NCBI GenBank assembly: GCA_031835245.2
Contig: JAVKOQ020000053.1
Coordinates: 62,001-126,000, forward strand
Reading direction: 5' to 3'
Source: Balamuthia mandrillaris
Taxonomy: Eukaryota
DNA length: 64,000 bases
Position numbers and translations under genes: made by a program. Below, piece by piece: positions 26,789 through 42,629 of this stretch (its first letter is position 1; every line of letters starts with the position of its first letter). The notes beneath the pieces are model-generated. The model did no database searches. It was not told where the DNA came from and saw nothing but the letters and a program-made list of their open reading frames with translations.

Positions 26789-27191
26789 CTCCACCTCCCA
26801 CCTGCACCAACCCCAAGAGCCCCTTTGATCAAAGAGAAAGAGAGAGAGAGAACCAACAAAGCCCTCCCGTTCCGCTCTCTTCTTTCTTTGTAACGCAAAG
26901 CTTATTTGTCGACGGGTCATGACATCAGCTGTAATTAGAATTAGATAAACCTGATGTCACCTTTGAGGCATGTCGTATTTCATGACGACATGAACAATAT
27001 GGCTTAATTCATTTGGCGGTGACCTTTATAGGCGCGGGAGGGTCAAACATTACGCGGAACTCAAAAATCTTAAGAGGGCGCGAAACTTTCCGACAACAAA
27101 AAAGCGGAGAGAAAAAGAAAAAAGGTTAGGGAAGAACGAGGAGGAAAGAGAAGCGAGGAGGAAGGAGGAGGAACAAAAAAAACAAAAAAAA

Positions 27192-29166
<1,975 letters not shown>

Positions 29167-29287
29167 AAGGAGTAGTTCTCTTCTTGTTTTTCTTTTTGTT
29201 TTTCTTTGTTTGTTCCTCTGTTCTTTTCTTTGTTCTCCTCTCCATTTGTTATTGAATAGTTTGTCATTTGTTGGTTTGCCAAAGCAT

Positions 29288-29324
<37 letters not shown>

Positions 29325-29327
29325 ATG

Positions 29328-32300
29328 TTAACCGAAACCACCATTTCTTTTGCGTTTGCTTTTCTTGCTGAGGAAGGCCACCCCTTGTTCATTGAGGTAG
29401 TCGGAGAGGAACTGACGGCTGCATTTCAAACCTGCTTCTTTGAGGTTCGTCTGTAACGCCTCCAAATCTAAAGACTGTTTCTACATGTGAGAAGTGCTCC
29501 GGAAGAAAGAAAGAAACAGAAAGGAAAGAAAGTGAACCTCGTATTGCAAGATCCGACTGTAAATGGTCTCGTTTTCTTTCAGCCATGCCGTTATTTTTTT
29601 GCGCAAGAGGCGCTCCCGTTCCGCTTTCTCTTCATCAACAGGCTGTTTGCTCGTCTCTCCACGAAAAATGCTCAGAGAGCGAACAACAGAGGGCGAATCT
29701 TTTGGAAAAAAATAAATAAATAAGGAAGTCTCTCAAAGAAAGATAGAGCTCAATGCGAACAAATACCTAGCGGAAGAGCTTTTTGAGGCAAGTGTGTGGC
29801 CTCCCAGATCTCCACTAACTTTTCTCTCATCCACCTAACAGAGCCTGCTCTGACGCCATATTTGGCGACCTCTTTCTGTTTACTATTGTTTTAGAAAACC
29901 AAGAAGAAGAAGCAGACAGAGAATAAATCTTACTTTTAATTCCTGGTGCGACATGTTTTCATAATCAGGGCGTGGAGTGCCATTGGTAGGGCGGAGGGTT
30001 GTTCGTTGGCGTTTAGGAGGGCTGCTTTGATCAGGCGAAAGAGCGGCTATTTGAGAGGAGCTTCCTACCAATTGAGTTGTTGTTGTTGAAGCAGAATCAA
30101 ACAAAGGCGAAGAGTGGAGAGATAGGATAGGAGATTGGAGAATGTTGCGAGCGTCATCAATATTGTTGTCTTCGGTTGACAGTGGAATAGTGGTGGAGGA
30201 GGAGGAAGAAAAAGGATGGCGATGCGTTTGTTGGCTTTCAGTTGCAGTACGATAGTTCAATGGTGAAGAGGACAACGGAGAAGATGGGCAGGAATGAAAT
30301 GCTGGGGAGGGAGGAGAAGGGCCAGGTGAAGACAACGGAGAGGATGCAGCCGAACGCGCGTGGTGATAGTCAACGGCGTTGTGCCGCTGGTTGTTTTCAT
30401 TAACGTTGCCATGTCTGTAGTCAGCACCAATGTCATCAAGTGCCCTTCTCTGTCTTTTATGGCTGGGTCGACGATATGAGACCATTTGAGGAGAAGAGTG
30501 CGAAAGGGAAGGTGGAGCGTCTGCAAAGAGGTTAACGCGACAGTCCATTCTGGCAGAGAGTGAAGAATAAGAGGAAGAAGAAGCAGATGTCCTTTCCTTG
30601 GTCCTCAATGTAGCGGTATTGTCAATTTGATCAAGGGAATTCAAGGCATTTGGTTGTTTGCAAGGGGAAGGGCTGTCTTCTATAGTCAACCGAAGGATGG
30701 AAGTTGCTGATGATGAAGCGTTTTCGCACTCATTTCTTGTTCTTGTTGTTGAGGATGACGAAGATGTTGCTGTTATTACTTGGGTTGTCATTTCGTCGGC
30801 CCGAACTGTGGAGTGGGGTGGTGGTTCGGAAAAGAGAGGGTTTCCCTTAATGAGTTCAAAGATGGAGTCATCAAAGTCCAGAAGAGAGGCATCCAAATCG
30901 TGATGTATTTTGTTATGTGGAGTAGTGGCGGTGGTGTTGGTGTCCTCTTCTTCTTCGTCTCCATCACCCAACAAACGGTTGTGATTAAACATACGAAGGC
31001 GATCCGTATGACCGGATGGAGGTGGAGTACCTTTCGTAAGAGAAGAAATTGAACGAGAAAGAGAAGGCTCAACGTCACAAGAACCAACAGAAGCAGAAGG
31101 AGCAAAAGAGCTCTCCTCTTGTTGCTGTTGAACTTGCGGTTGTGGTGGCACAATAGAATTGAGACTGGAGTTATTGTTGGTTGGGGCGAGAGCAGTGGTG
31201 ATGATCCCTCGAGAGGGTGTGGACTGAGAGGATCGAGGAGAAGGAAAGAGGATAGGAGAAGGAGGATAACAAGCACGCCCTGGAGAAAGAATGAAAGTAG
31301 GGCTTGGTGGGGTGGCAACCTCAGGTACACCTGCTGTTACCGCTGCTGTTGACGTGGTTTTATCAAGCTCTGAATTGCAACAAAGGTCGATGAATCCACA
31401 GCTGTCGTTAAGCTTTTCCATACCGGTACTTTGGAAGAGATGATACTCTTTGTCTGACACTTTAGAAGTGTTGTTGAGGTTATGTGCAGAAGAAGGAGAG
31501 ACAGAAGGAGGAATTCGTAAACAGCGACGAGGAAGCTCCACACTCAAAGGTGGCGATCGTGGTGGACCGTCATTCTTGTGGTTATTGACGTCGATGTCTT
31601 CATTGTTTGCCACGACTCGCATTGATTCGATGGGAGAGAACCCATCAGAAGAAGGAACTGGGCACGTTTTTTCGGTCGAAGAACTCTTCTCCAAACCGAG
31701 CGCTGCCGGCAATGCATTGAGCGTGTCAACAGCGGAAGAAGTTGGAGCCTTTTGGATGACGGATGTATACGTTGCGGGAATTGTTGCTTCCTCTTTCTTC
31801 TTTTGTGATTGGGCCAAGGTTTTCTTTTGCCTTTTCTTCAACGCAGGCTTTGTTGTTTCCTCAATGTGAACTTCTTGGCTTGTGCTTGGTTGGGATTCCT
31901 CTGGACTGCCAAACAATGGCGATGAAGGGGGTGTCTCTATTCTGGGTTTCGTCTTCTTTTTCTTCTCTTTCTTCTTCTTGTTTTCTCGTTTGTCATCGTA
32001 GTTTGGTCGCTCTCTCTTCCTAACTGGAGAAAAAGACCAACCACCGCTGCGTTTCGTTTTGCTAGTTTTTCGCTTGCTCTTTCTTTTCAAGGCAGTTGGG
32101 GCTGAAGATCTGCCTCTCTCATTGTTCGTCCGCCACACAGTCTCGAAGTCGGGAGTGGCCAACGACGCTGGTAAGCTAAGAAACGTTGGCACCGATTTTA
32201 GTCCTAAGCCCCGTTGCAGTTCCAACAATTGTTGATCCTTATCGATAGTAATGCGTCCAATCTAAGCAAAGAGATAAGATGGGGTTAGAAAAAGTATCGG

Positions 32301-35300
32301 TAGGAGGTCTCTCGCGTCATACCTCTGCAAAGTAAGCTTCTTTCAACTCCTTTAGCCGTTGCTCCACGAGTTCTCGAATGTCAGCGCACGCTTGTTGATA
32401 CTTTTGTACAATGGTTCCAGCTCTATCTACATATTCCTCCTCCGCTGAGGCAAATCGTGGCTGAAAACTTGAGAAAGAGGGAAGTGGCTGCCTCTTCGCC
32501 TTTCTGTTCTGTATGTTGCTGCTAGAACTACGCTGTTGGGTGGCTACTATCTTCCCGCTCTGAATTTGGCTTTGTTCGCTTTCCTTGGCTAGCAAAAGCA
32601 GAGGAGAATAGCTTTCGCTATCGCTGCTCGAATGCTCCGATGAATCACCGTCATGCAACAGATGTTCTTCCGGTGTGTGATATTTCGTCGTGCTAACGTT
32701 CATTATCCGTTTTTGCGTTGGTACGTATTTTTCTTGTTGGGTTGTTTCTTTTGCTTCATTTTCTTTCTTTTCTGCATGTTGTTCATTTTCACCATTTTCT
32801 CCTATTCCTTGCGGCGCTTTATTTTGCTCTCCCTCTGTTTTGCTTGTTGCTGGTAGTGGTTCGCGTAAAGTATGCCTTGGTTCTTCGTTAGACGGCTTCC
32901 TTTCCTCATGGTCATTATTCTTGGTTTCGATCGCATTTGTCTTTGTTTGTGAGCTACCAATGTTACCAGGAGCTGAGAGCTGCCGCAACAACTTTTCTTT
33001 GCGCCGTTTGAGTATCTGCTTGTCGGATTCCGGCAGGAAGGAAGATGTGTGGGTGTAGATCGGGTTATAGGCATCCAACTTGGAAGATGAGAGTTGCCAC
33101 AGGGAGGTAGAAGAGTTTCGTTTGCCTGTATGCAACAGACTGGTGGTGGATGTTTGCTTTATGGTCTCCAATGGTTTGCGTTTCTCTATCTCCTGCTCTC
33201 CTGTTCCAATATGCTCATTCTCTTTCTCTTTCTCTTTCTCTTTCTCCTTCTCCTTCTCCTTCTCTTCTTGTTCTCCTTCTTGTTTTTCTTTTTTTCCAGA
33301 ATCTGAAGAGGATTCTCTGTCGCCACTGATTGCAATGGAGCCTAAACGCGTTGCTGCTCGTTGAGCCAATAAACTCTCCGAGAACTTTGGAGTAGGATCA
33401 ATAGGTTCGTCGCTCTCTGCAGGAAAAAGTTTCTGCAATTAAAGTGAGTTAAAAGAGCTGAAGCGAGAAAAAGAGCTGAGTCTCGCTCTCACCTTTATAG
33501 CCTCCTTTACAGGATTAGGCTTTTCCGTTTCGGTGTCTTTACTGGTTTTTTTGAGTTTAAAACCAGCGAGATCTCTTGGACCTGGGGACTCTGGAGTGAT
33601 TGGACTATCAGCTTGCTTTGTTGGAGAGCCATTATCATCTCTATCATGTGATGAAGTAGAAATAGGACGAGGAGGTGGCATTGTGTCTTGCATAGAGGCC
33701 GAAATAGCAATAGCTAGAGATAAGTCTTCGTCATCGTCATCGGAATGAGCATTGGCAGCAGCGCTTGAATCAGATTTAGCTCTGGTGGCAGTAGAAGTGG
33801 AGGAAAAGGCAGCGGTGGACGAGGATGTCAAGACATGCAGAGACTTTTGGTTGTTGGGTTGTGCTATTGAGGCAGCTTGTGCTGGCATTAGTGGGGTACG
33901 GCTCTGGTGCCTATTATACCGAAACTTGCTAATGGTAGCCATAAAGTCGTCACTATTAATAGTGCCGTTTGTGGTTGAGGTCGCTGCAAAAAACTTGGAC
34001 TTAACTACTTGCTCTTCCGTATTTACAACGGTGGTCGTTTTCGCTGTGTTGGTTGCTAGCTTCTTCTTTCGTCTTGCAACCCGTTTCGCAGGTTTCGCTT
34101 CATCTCCTTTGCTTTGGTCCTGCGCAGCCGCGTTGGTTGGGGCTGGTTCCTCACTCGGGTTGATAGACTGCTGTTGCTTCGTTTGTCGACGCACCGCCTC
34201 ATCCGTCATCTTCTGCCAGTTCTTACGATTACGAAAGACTTCGATGTTGGTGGGGTTTACGTTGTGCTTCTTGGCGCAGCTCTTGAGATGACTGATGCGA
34301 GCGGAAAGCTTGCTCTTGCTTCTGTCTTTTCTGCAAATGGGACAAAAGTACTGCACTCCACTGATGACGTTCTCCTCCCAGTTGATAGTGGGTGGCTCCA
34401 AAGATGCGTCTTCTTTCGAAGATATCTGCTTGGATTTGCCTCCTGCCGTTGTCGAAGAAGAAGCAGCCTCCAACGATTGGATACACCGTTCCAAGTGATG
34501 TTGCCGCCGCTCTATGTTCAGCTTAGTGATGTCCTTGTTGCATACTTGACAGAGAATGGATTCCTTGAAGTCAGGGTCGGGTTCCAACAGCGCAGCAAGC
34601 TGTTCGCGTTGCCGTTGGTCGATGCACCCGTTCACGTGAACCTCCTTCTCCGGGGCAGTCATGTAGGCAATGGACTTCTTACAAACAAAACACACGTTCG
34701 GCACTGATTGAGAGGCGATAGGGAATTGATCTGTTTCTTTTTCTTCTGACGGTTGGGGAGGTACTTCCATCTCTGTTGGTTCTTCTTGCTTGTCTTCTTT
34801 TGCTTCTTGTCTATCGTCCGATGCTTGGACGTTTGGTGAGCTTTCTGAAGGAAGAACCGCAGATGAGCCTCTCGTCTCCGTTGGAGCTGCTGTTGCATTT
34901 GACGAGTCAGTGTCTTCCACAATGTCCATTTTCGTAGCTTCGTTCTCTGCTCTCCCTCCTTGCAGGCAAACATCAGCACCTGATTCCAGTAAATTGTCAC
35001 GGTTTGTCAACTCCGTTGAACGTTCTTCTGTTTGGCATGCTTCTCCGTCTTGCTGTTGCTCTCCTTTGATTCCTTCTTGCTGCTCTTTCTCCTCCGCTTC
35101 TTTTTTTCCCAGCCCTTCCAGCTCGTCTGGTTGTTGTGGCTCTTGCTGTTCCTGTGTTTCGTCTTCCTTTCTTATCTCTCGCTGCCCATCGCTTAGCATT
35201 TCGTCGTTCTTGCTGTTGAGAGTTGGTTGTGCTTCTCGCGGTGAGGTCGTCGCGGATGTACTCGTAGGTGTAGGCGTTTTCGTTGTTGTCGTCGTTGGCA

Positions 35301-36021
35301 TCGTTGTCGCTGTAGTCGCTGCGTTTGACTGCTTCAAAGAGGAGAGCTTAACTTTGGCTCTCTGGGAGGAAATAGAGGAGGAAGAGGAGGCGGCGGAAGC
35401 AGAGAGCAACGAAGGAAAGGGTTGTGTGGCATCGTCATCCTCTCCCTCCGACGAGTCCTGGGACAGATCGATCATGAGACCTCCTCCTCCTCCTCCAACT
35501 GGTTGTTTTGCCACTGCTTGCGTTGCGACCTCTTTGGCCACCGCTACCTTTTCTTCAGCGACAACGACTGACTCTTGCGGTTGCTTGCCATCGTTGCCGT
35601 CGTCGGTTTCTTTTGTGTCTTCTGTTTGTGCTTTGGAGATCTCCGAAGAGGACGAAGAAGAAGAGGGATCGATGCTACTTGGTTGAGAGGACGGTTTGTG
35701 GTTGTGTTGGTGGTTTCGTCGTTTGGCTGTCCGCTTTGTTGTCTTTCGGACTTCTTGTGGTTGGCTGTTGGAGAGGGCATGAAGGGTGGGCGCTGTGCCC
35801 AGTGGCAAGGCGTCCACGTCGATCAGGTTCTTTCTCTTTGCGGTTCGGTTCCTTCCCGCCTTTTTGCTTCCCGAGGCCGAGGAGGACGAAGCAGAAGCAG
35901 AAGAAGAAAAGGAAGAATGAAGCACGCTCTCCGCGTCTTCCATGCTTTTATTCTCTTCTACGCCCTTTCCCACGGGAACAACCTCTTTCAAGTCCTCCCC
36001 TTCTTCCTTCTCATCTTCCAT
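29328..36021 (-). CDS. SLX4: SLX4-like structure-specific endonuclease scaffold (3 UBZ4, MLR-like, SAP, SLX1-binding domain), multi-exon
   Basis: UBZ4 motifs CFVC..HVNGCID, CQVC..HHLERC and CPIC..RISHLKSCAKK; DEDLSLAIAISAS (MLR-like); PDYENMSHQELK|KEVAKYGVR..KLVEIW (SAP); IYSRILQYE..LDLEALQTNLKEAGLKCSRQFLSDYLNEQGVAF (SBD). TAA at 29328-29330. Confidence 0.8.
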
Positions 36022-36323
36022 TTCTTGGGGTTTTTTTTTTGGAGTGAATTAGTTCCTCGAAAATTTTTACATTCCAAACATTCCTATCGTTTTTAGAATT
36101 TAAATTTTGATTGGTCCATTAGATGGAATAAAATGATTTTGATTGGAGCTTTGAATGTTAGTTAGATCGAATCTCATCGACTCAAATTAATGTCGACATC
36201 AACAAAATTAAATTATCGATTTCTTTGACGAAAGAGAAAACAAAAAGAAAAGGCCTGATTGTTGGTTGGTTGATTGGGTGGTGGCGCAGCGGCAAACGAA
36301 AAAAAAAAAGAAGAAACGGAAGC

Positions 36324-37165
36324 ATGCAGGCCAGCAAACACACCGTGGATGAGGTGTTGGAAGCCATCGCGGATTGCATCTTGCAATGCGTCATGTTCCA
36401 AGCGGAGGCTGAAGAGACCGGCGCCAGGGTACCGCCCCTTTCTTCTTGTTCTCGTTGTTGCCATTCTTCTTTGATTTTCTTCTTCTCTCCTGCTTCCTCC
36501 TCCTTTTCTTCATCTTATTCTGTTCCAACCGTTTGGTATTTCTTTGCTTTTGACTATGATGATGATGAACTTTGCCTTTGGGACCTCTCGCTAGTTAAAA
36601 ACTATGGAGACCGACGGCTTGGTTGCCTCCATGAATTTCCTTTCCGATCTTGGTACCGTCTTTTTTTTTTTTTTTTTTTGGGTGTTGAGCAAACCCTTTT
36701 TGTATTCTGCTGTGTCTTTGGTCTCGTGTCTTGGTTCTGCGTTGTGTCTTCCTTCTTTCTTGTTCCTCTTCTCTCTTCATTCCTCTCGCCTCTTCTTTTT
36801 TTCATGCTCTATTCTTCTTCTCGCTTCTTTCTGCCTTTTTAGCTTCTTTCTTACTGAGCTTCAACCTGTTTTTTTTTTTTTTACTTAAACTGCGCACAAA
36901 TAGCGACACGCAAGGCAGCTATGTGGGCGGACCACGATGAAGCCATGTCCAAAGAGATGTTGGAGGCCACTCAGGAGCTGCGTCAGTGCTGCCAAAGCAT
37001 CGCGAGAGACATACAAACCATTGCCGATAACCCCATCTCCAAGGATGCCAAGAAAAGTCTTCTCCGCTCCGCCAAAGTACTGATGCAGAAAACGGTACGT
37101 TGTTGCTGTTGTTTTCTCATTTTTCCTATTAACCTCTCTTTCTCTCGCTCGCGCTCTCTCACTCT

Positions 37166-37205
<40 letters not shown>

Positions 37206-38392
37206 GAAGGTATTTTTGTTGCAAGTTGCGGACTTGTATGATATTCGTCAGATCATCCATCTGGCTCGTGACTGTAAAGAAAGAAACGAAGAATTAGTAA
37301 CTTGCCTCAGGTATTTCATCTCTCTTCTGCTGCCTCTTTATCTTTCATTCGTTTTGGCTCTTCTCCTCTAAAGTAGCAGTCAACAACGACCACAACAACT
37401 ACCAGTGTACAAGACTTTCCAGAGGTAGTGAGGAAGTACATCTTCCAAACAGTATCCTTGGCAAAAATTGTTCAAGTTCGAGTGGACTACATTGTGGATC
37501 CCATCCTCAAGAAGAAGCTGGCCAAACCCAACGAAGTGATTTCTACTCTTCCCGAACAAGAAATTGAGTTAACGGCTGCCATCATTCAAGGAGCGGGCAT
37601 GCAACAAGACATCGAGCGCAGAGATGAGATGCACGACAATGTTTGTTCTTCACACACTCTGTTCTCTCTTCTCTCTTACTGATCAGTTTACTTGCTGGTT
37701 TTTAGGTAAACTACGCCATAGATGAAATCATTCTTGTAACCAAAGAAACGTCTCACACTCTGTTTGCCGGATTAGACCTTGACATTCCCCTTGATGATGA
37801 AGATGAGGACGACCTTCCCCCTAGCATGCTTGGCTCCGCCGCCATGGCCTCCATCCTTGTCAACGCTGAGAACGCATTGGCTGCTTTGGCCGACGCTGTG
37901 GCCGCAGGTGATCGCAGCGCTGCCGCTGTGGCTTGTCAACAGGTGAAAGAAGCCATCGATAACTTGATCGCAGCTGACAACAACCCCAACTTGAGGAGCG
38001 CTGCGGAGAGGCTGGCGCAGGCCTTGAGAGACCTCCTTGGTTCGACCAAAGCGGCGGTGACCAATCCCGAAGACGCAGCCGCCATGCGCAACTTTAATAA
38101 TGTATGTTCTCTTTGGTATATCTAATTCATTCTTTGCTTTGTATAGAGAAAACTTCTATTTAACAACTCTCCATGAAAAGGCGTTGGCTGCCCTGAAGGA
38201 AGCTGCTGCAAGATATGCTGATCTTAGCGCAAGTGCTGTTGTGGATCCCATCACGGAAGATGCTCAGGCTGTGCATGCCGCGTTGGAGGATCTGCGCAAA
38301 GCCGTCGACGCTGGCAATGCCGCTGCTGCCGCCAAAGGTACCGCCCATAGGTGACCACATTTTGATGGTATTCTAATCTCTGTCTCTTTTTT

Positions 38393-38437
<45 letters not shown>

Positions 38438-41400
38438 GTCTCTCTGTCTCTCTGTCTCTCTAGCAAACCAAGCAGTGGCTGCAGCAGTCACAAAACTCTC
38501 TGCTGATCTTCCTGAGGCTGATCGTCAGCGATTACAAGCCGAATTGGCAAAACTTGCCCAACAGATTCAGGTAAAAGTTCTTTTCCTTTCATTCTCAGTT
38601 CCTCTATTCCTTTCCTTTCATTCTCAGTTCCTTACCAAAGTTTGCTTCAAATCTGAAAGGGACTTGCCGTGGTGACCCAAGCCACTCTAAGTGATCCACA
38701 CAACCAAGCCAAAGCGGCCACCTTTACCGCAGCAGTAGCAACCATCGGCGATCTGACCAACGCCATCGTGGCGGGGGTGCGTCCTCCGGATGGAGAGATG
38801 AGCGCTGATGACCGACTTCGATTGGCCTCCGCAAAAGTTGCCAACGCTCTTGCTGGTTTGTTTGCAGCAACTAATCAGAAAGACGTGCAAAAAGTGGCAG
38901 ATGCCGTTAAGGCTGTGAATGCTGCTGTGGCACAACAAACCGCGTTGGCCAAGGCCATTGCTGCTGGAGATAAACGCCCTGGCGTACAGAACTCGTTGAT
39001 GGACGCGGCGGCGAAGCTCGCTCGAGCCATGCAAGATTTGGTGGCTTCTACCAAAGCTGTCATGGTTCTAAAACCTGTTCTTCTTGTTTCCCTCACTTTC
39101 TGACTGGTATATGTTTTATATGGATCATAGGCAAATCCAAACGACCCAGAAGCTCGTAAACAGTTTGAGAAAGCAATGCGAGACTTGCAACAAGCATGTG
39201 TGGAAGCAAGTGGGGTGTTGATGCCATTGGAGGACCAATTGTTGGATGCACATGCAGAAATGTTGCGTGCCCTCGCCAAACTTACGGAGGCTCAACAGAA
39301 GAGGGATAGGAATGGAGCGGAGGCAGCGCTGGAGGAAGCCACGGACGCTATCAAAAGGCAAATGGTTCACATCAAGGCCATTGCTGGGGGTATCACCGAC
39401 CCTCGCAGAAAGGTATCCTTCCTTTGTTTTTCATCTTACATCTCTTATTCTGTCTCTGTTGTACTTTTGCTTATATCGTCTAATTAAAAAGAACGACTTG
39501 ATTGGAGCTGCAAAGAGAATGGCAGAGGCACTCAATGCTCTCAAGGGAGCCCTTCCAGGTAAATTACCAATTATCTTTTTCGTTGTGTTCTTTTAAACAC
39601 AACGAATTGTGCGTGTTCTAACTATTTTGTGCTTTGAAATTCGGTTTAGCCATACTGGCATCTCCCAACGATAGAAACGCACAAGCGGCGTACAACAAAG
39701 CATTAGAAGATATCAAGGCTGCAGGACTTGACTTGGCCGATAACGCCATTTCTTCGGACCCAGAAGAAGCCATCATCGTGAATGCCTCCCGTATCAACGA
39801 CCTCACTGGTATGATCAACGACGCTCTCAAATCCAACAGGAAAGATGACGCTGCTGCTGCTGCTTACGTGGCTGAGCGCGCCATTGAAAAACAGGTATTC
39901 GGCGACCTCCTCGTTTTGTTGTCTTTTGTGTCTCTTGTTACTTATGAGAACATATTTATAAAGGCTATACTTGCGAAACTAGCGGCTCGTAAGCAAGTGG
40001 ATAATCGTTTGAGAGATTCTTTGCTTGGCGCTTCACGCCAGTTAGCTGATGCCCTTGCTGGTCTTTGTGCATCCACCAAGGCTGCCTCTGCTGGCAATAC
40101 TCAGGTGAGAAATCTTTAGGTTCTTATGCAATATTCACGGCTAACGAGGTATCTCATTCCTACGTGCTTTCTGCGTACAGGCTCGTCAAGCAGTTCAGAA
40201 TCAGATCGCAGAATTGGACCAACTCAACCAACAATTGGTGGATTCTCTCGTAGATGCCAACGACTGCGAAGACAAGATCAAAGAATTAGCAGAGGTACAT
40301 TCCCTCTTCACTGTTTCCCTTTTTAAAACTCTCTTTGAACTTCTTCCATCGTTCCTTTCTTTCTTTCTGCCTTTTAATCTGCTGAAAATAGGAAATCAGC
40401 AAAACTGTCAAGTCTATTGGTCCAACCATCAGCATTGCTTCTTATCCTGAATTGGTGCGAGTGGCAGACAAGCTGGCCCAAGAAATACAGCTGGCCCACT
40501 CTTACTCCAGAAACTGCAACGACGCAGAGAAGCAGCAACAAATCGAACGAGCTGCCAACAAAGGAGAGCAGGTGCTGAGAGAACTCAGGTAACTCATCTA
40601 CATCTCCTCTGTTTCTGTTTATGTTCAACTTTACTCTGTAGTTATCTATTTTGTTTTGTAGTTGCGCTAAATATGTCATCTTCCCTTTTTTAAAGAGCTG
40701 CTGCTGCGAACCTGCTTCGTAACCCGAATGACAAGAAAGTGCAGGACACGGTTAGCAAGTCGCTTCAAGATGCCAAGCAAGCCGGCAAGCTTATCTCTCA
40801 AGCTGTGGGAACTACGGCTGAGAAGAAGTTGATGGCCAACGGCTTGGCCTTGAACAGGGATATCGACCAATTAGAGTACCATCTTTCTCTCTCTCTCTCT
40901 CTCTCTCTCTCGTGCAGCTTTATTATTATTTCTTGTTAGGTGCTTCGGACGTGGTTTAACTCTTTGCGTGCGTGCAGGAAATTGCTATCTCAAGGACAAA
41001 CAGCTGCTGCGGATAACAAGTTGGACAAAGTCGAAAAGCGAATAGACATTCAGATAGCAAAGGCCGGACAAGCCGCCAACAACACTGACCACCCTGAACT
41101 TAAGAAACTATTACAGGTAACTCTACTGCGCATTTTATCAGTTTATCGCACGCTGTTCACCTTTTTACAAAATAGGAAGGAGCAGATGAGTTGAAAAAGC
41201 TGAAGCCAAAACTGGTGGCCTCTGCCAACAAAGCTATCAAAGAGCCCACCAACCGCGCTGCCCAAAGCGAATTCTCCCGCAGCGCCCAACAAGTCAAAGC
41301 CGCCAACAACAAACTGATGGGTGCTGCCAAACGCGTCGACGCGAAAGAAATCCCCAGAAATAAGGTCGAACTCTCCCAAGTGACGACGGTGGGAGGCGCC

Positions 41401-41832
41401 GCTGACGCCATCGACAGCGTCACCTCCAATCTGCCCATCGACACCTCCACTCCTCTGGGAAGGCTTTACGCTGCCAGCAGGACCGTCGGCGATGAGATGC
41501 GCAAGCTCTCCGAGGCAGGGGCAAGGAAGGACAAGAGAGCCATGATCGCGGCTGCGCGAGTCATCGCCTCCGCTGTGGCCGACATCGAGGTCAATGCTGG
41601 ACAGTTGGCGAAGGATTGCAGGGACACTCAGACTAGAGATTACCTCATGTCGATGGCCTATGCCGCCAAGAACTTTGGAGTTCAGATGAAGATCCTGGCC
41701 GCAGTCAAGACCTCCAGCGTGGAGAACGATCCCACGACGGAAGGACAATTGGTCACTTGCGGAAGAGGCTTGGCCAATGCTGTCATTGAGTGCATCAATA
41801 ACGCGGAGATTGCTTCGTTGAAAGCGAAATGA
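36324..41832 (+). CDS. Vinculin/alpha-catenin-family protein with repeated Ala-rich helical bundles, many exons
   Basis: N-terminus HTVDEVLEAIADCI; repeated amphipathic bundles (LRSAAERLAQALRDLLGSTKAAVTNPED); C-terminal vinculin-tail-like MRKLSEAGARKDKRAMIAAARVIA...LAKDCRD...QMKILAAVK. Confidence 0.8.
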
Positions 41833-42629
41833 ACATTCCTCGTCACCGTCATGTTATTGCAAATGGAGTTTGTGGCTTTCAAGTCTCCTTCATCTTCTCT
41901 TTCATTCTTTTTTTGCTCCTTCTTTCTTCATTCTTCTTCGTCTGGCTAATATTCTTTCTTCTTTCTCTGCATTAATAAGTGCCTTTTGTTTTTTTTTACA
42001 GTCTATGAAAATTCGTTGCGAAACCTCGAATAGTCTTTTCCAATGTAGCAATGAGAAATACGGTGGTGCGTGGATCAAAGACGTGGGAGAAGGAAGGGTT
42101 GTTTTGGCGGGAAACATGCTCATTGGCCCAAAAGACTAATGGCGTGATTTCTTTTTTGTTGTCCTTAGATCTTTGCGCGCTCTGTGTCTGTTCTGGGTGA
42201 GATAGTTACTGTGATACCATTGGAGTATATGGATGCAGCAAGACCGAGCCAAAAAGAAACGCGAAAGGGAGGAGAAGGAAGAACAGGAACAGCGGCTGTT
42301 TGAAAAGAAGAAAAAACAACGCAGGAAAGATGCCAAGCAGAAGCGCCTTCAACGACAAGATAGGAAGGAAAAGGAAGAGCTAAAACACCACCAAGAAAGC
42401 AAGGAGCTTGAGTACCTGCGACAGCACTGTAAAGAGTTGGAAGGAAAGCTGCAGACAGTAGGAAGGCGCGTGAGGAGGCCAAAAAGCAACCACCTCCTTC
42501 TCCTGCTGCTTGGGAATGACTTCGCTTTCTTCTCTCTAATATTTTTTTTCCAACCGCAATAGTATCACACCACGACCACAAACATACAAACAAACAGACA
42601 GACAGACCTAACAACATACCGATAATATC

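Noticed and set aside
39413..39491. U12-type intron (GTATCCTT donor) in the vinculin-like gene
   Set aside because: No TCCTTAAC-type branch site, and pyrimidine-rich donors are common here, so probably U2-type.
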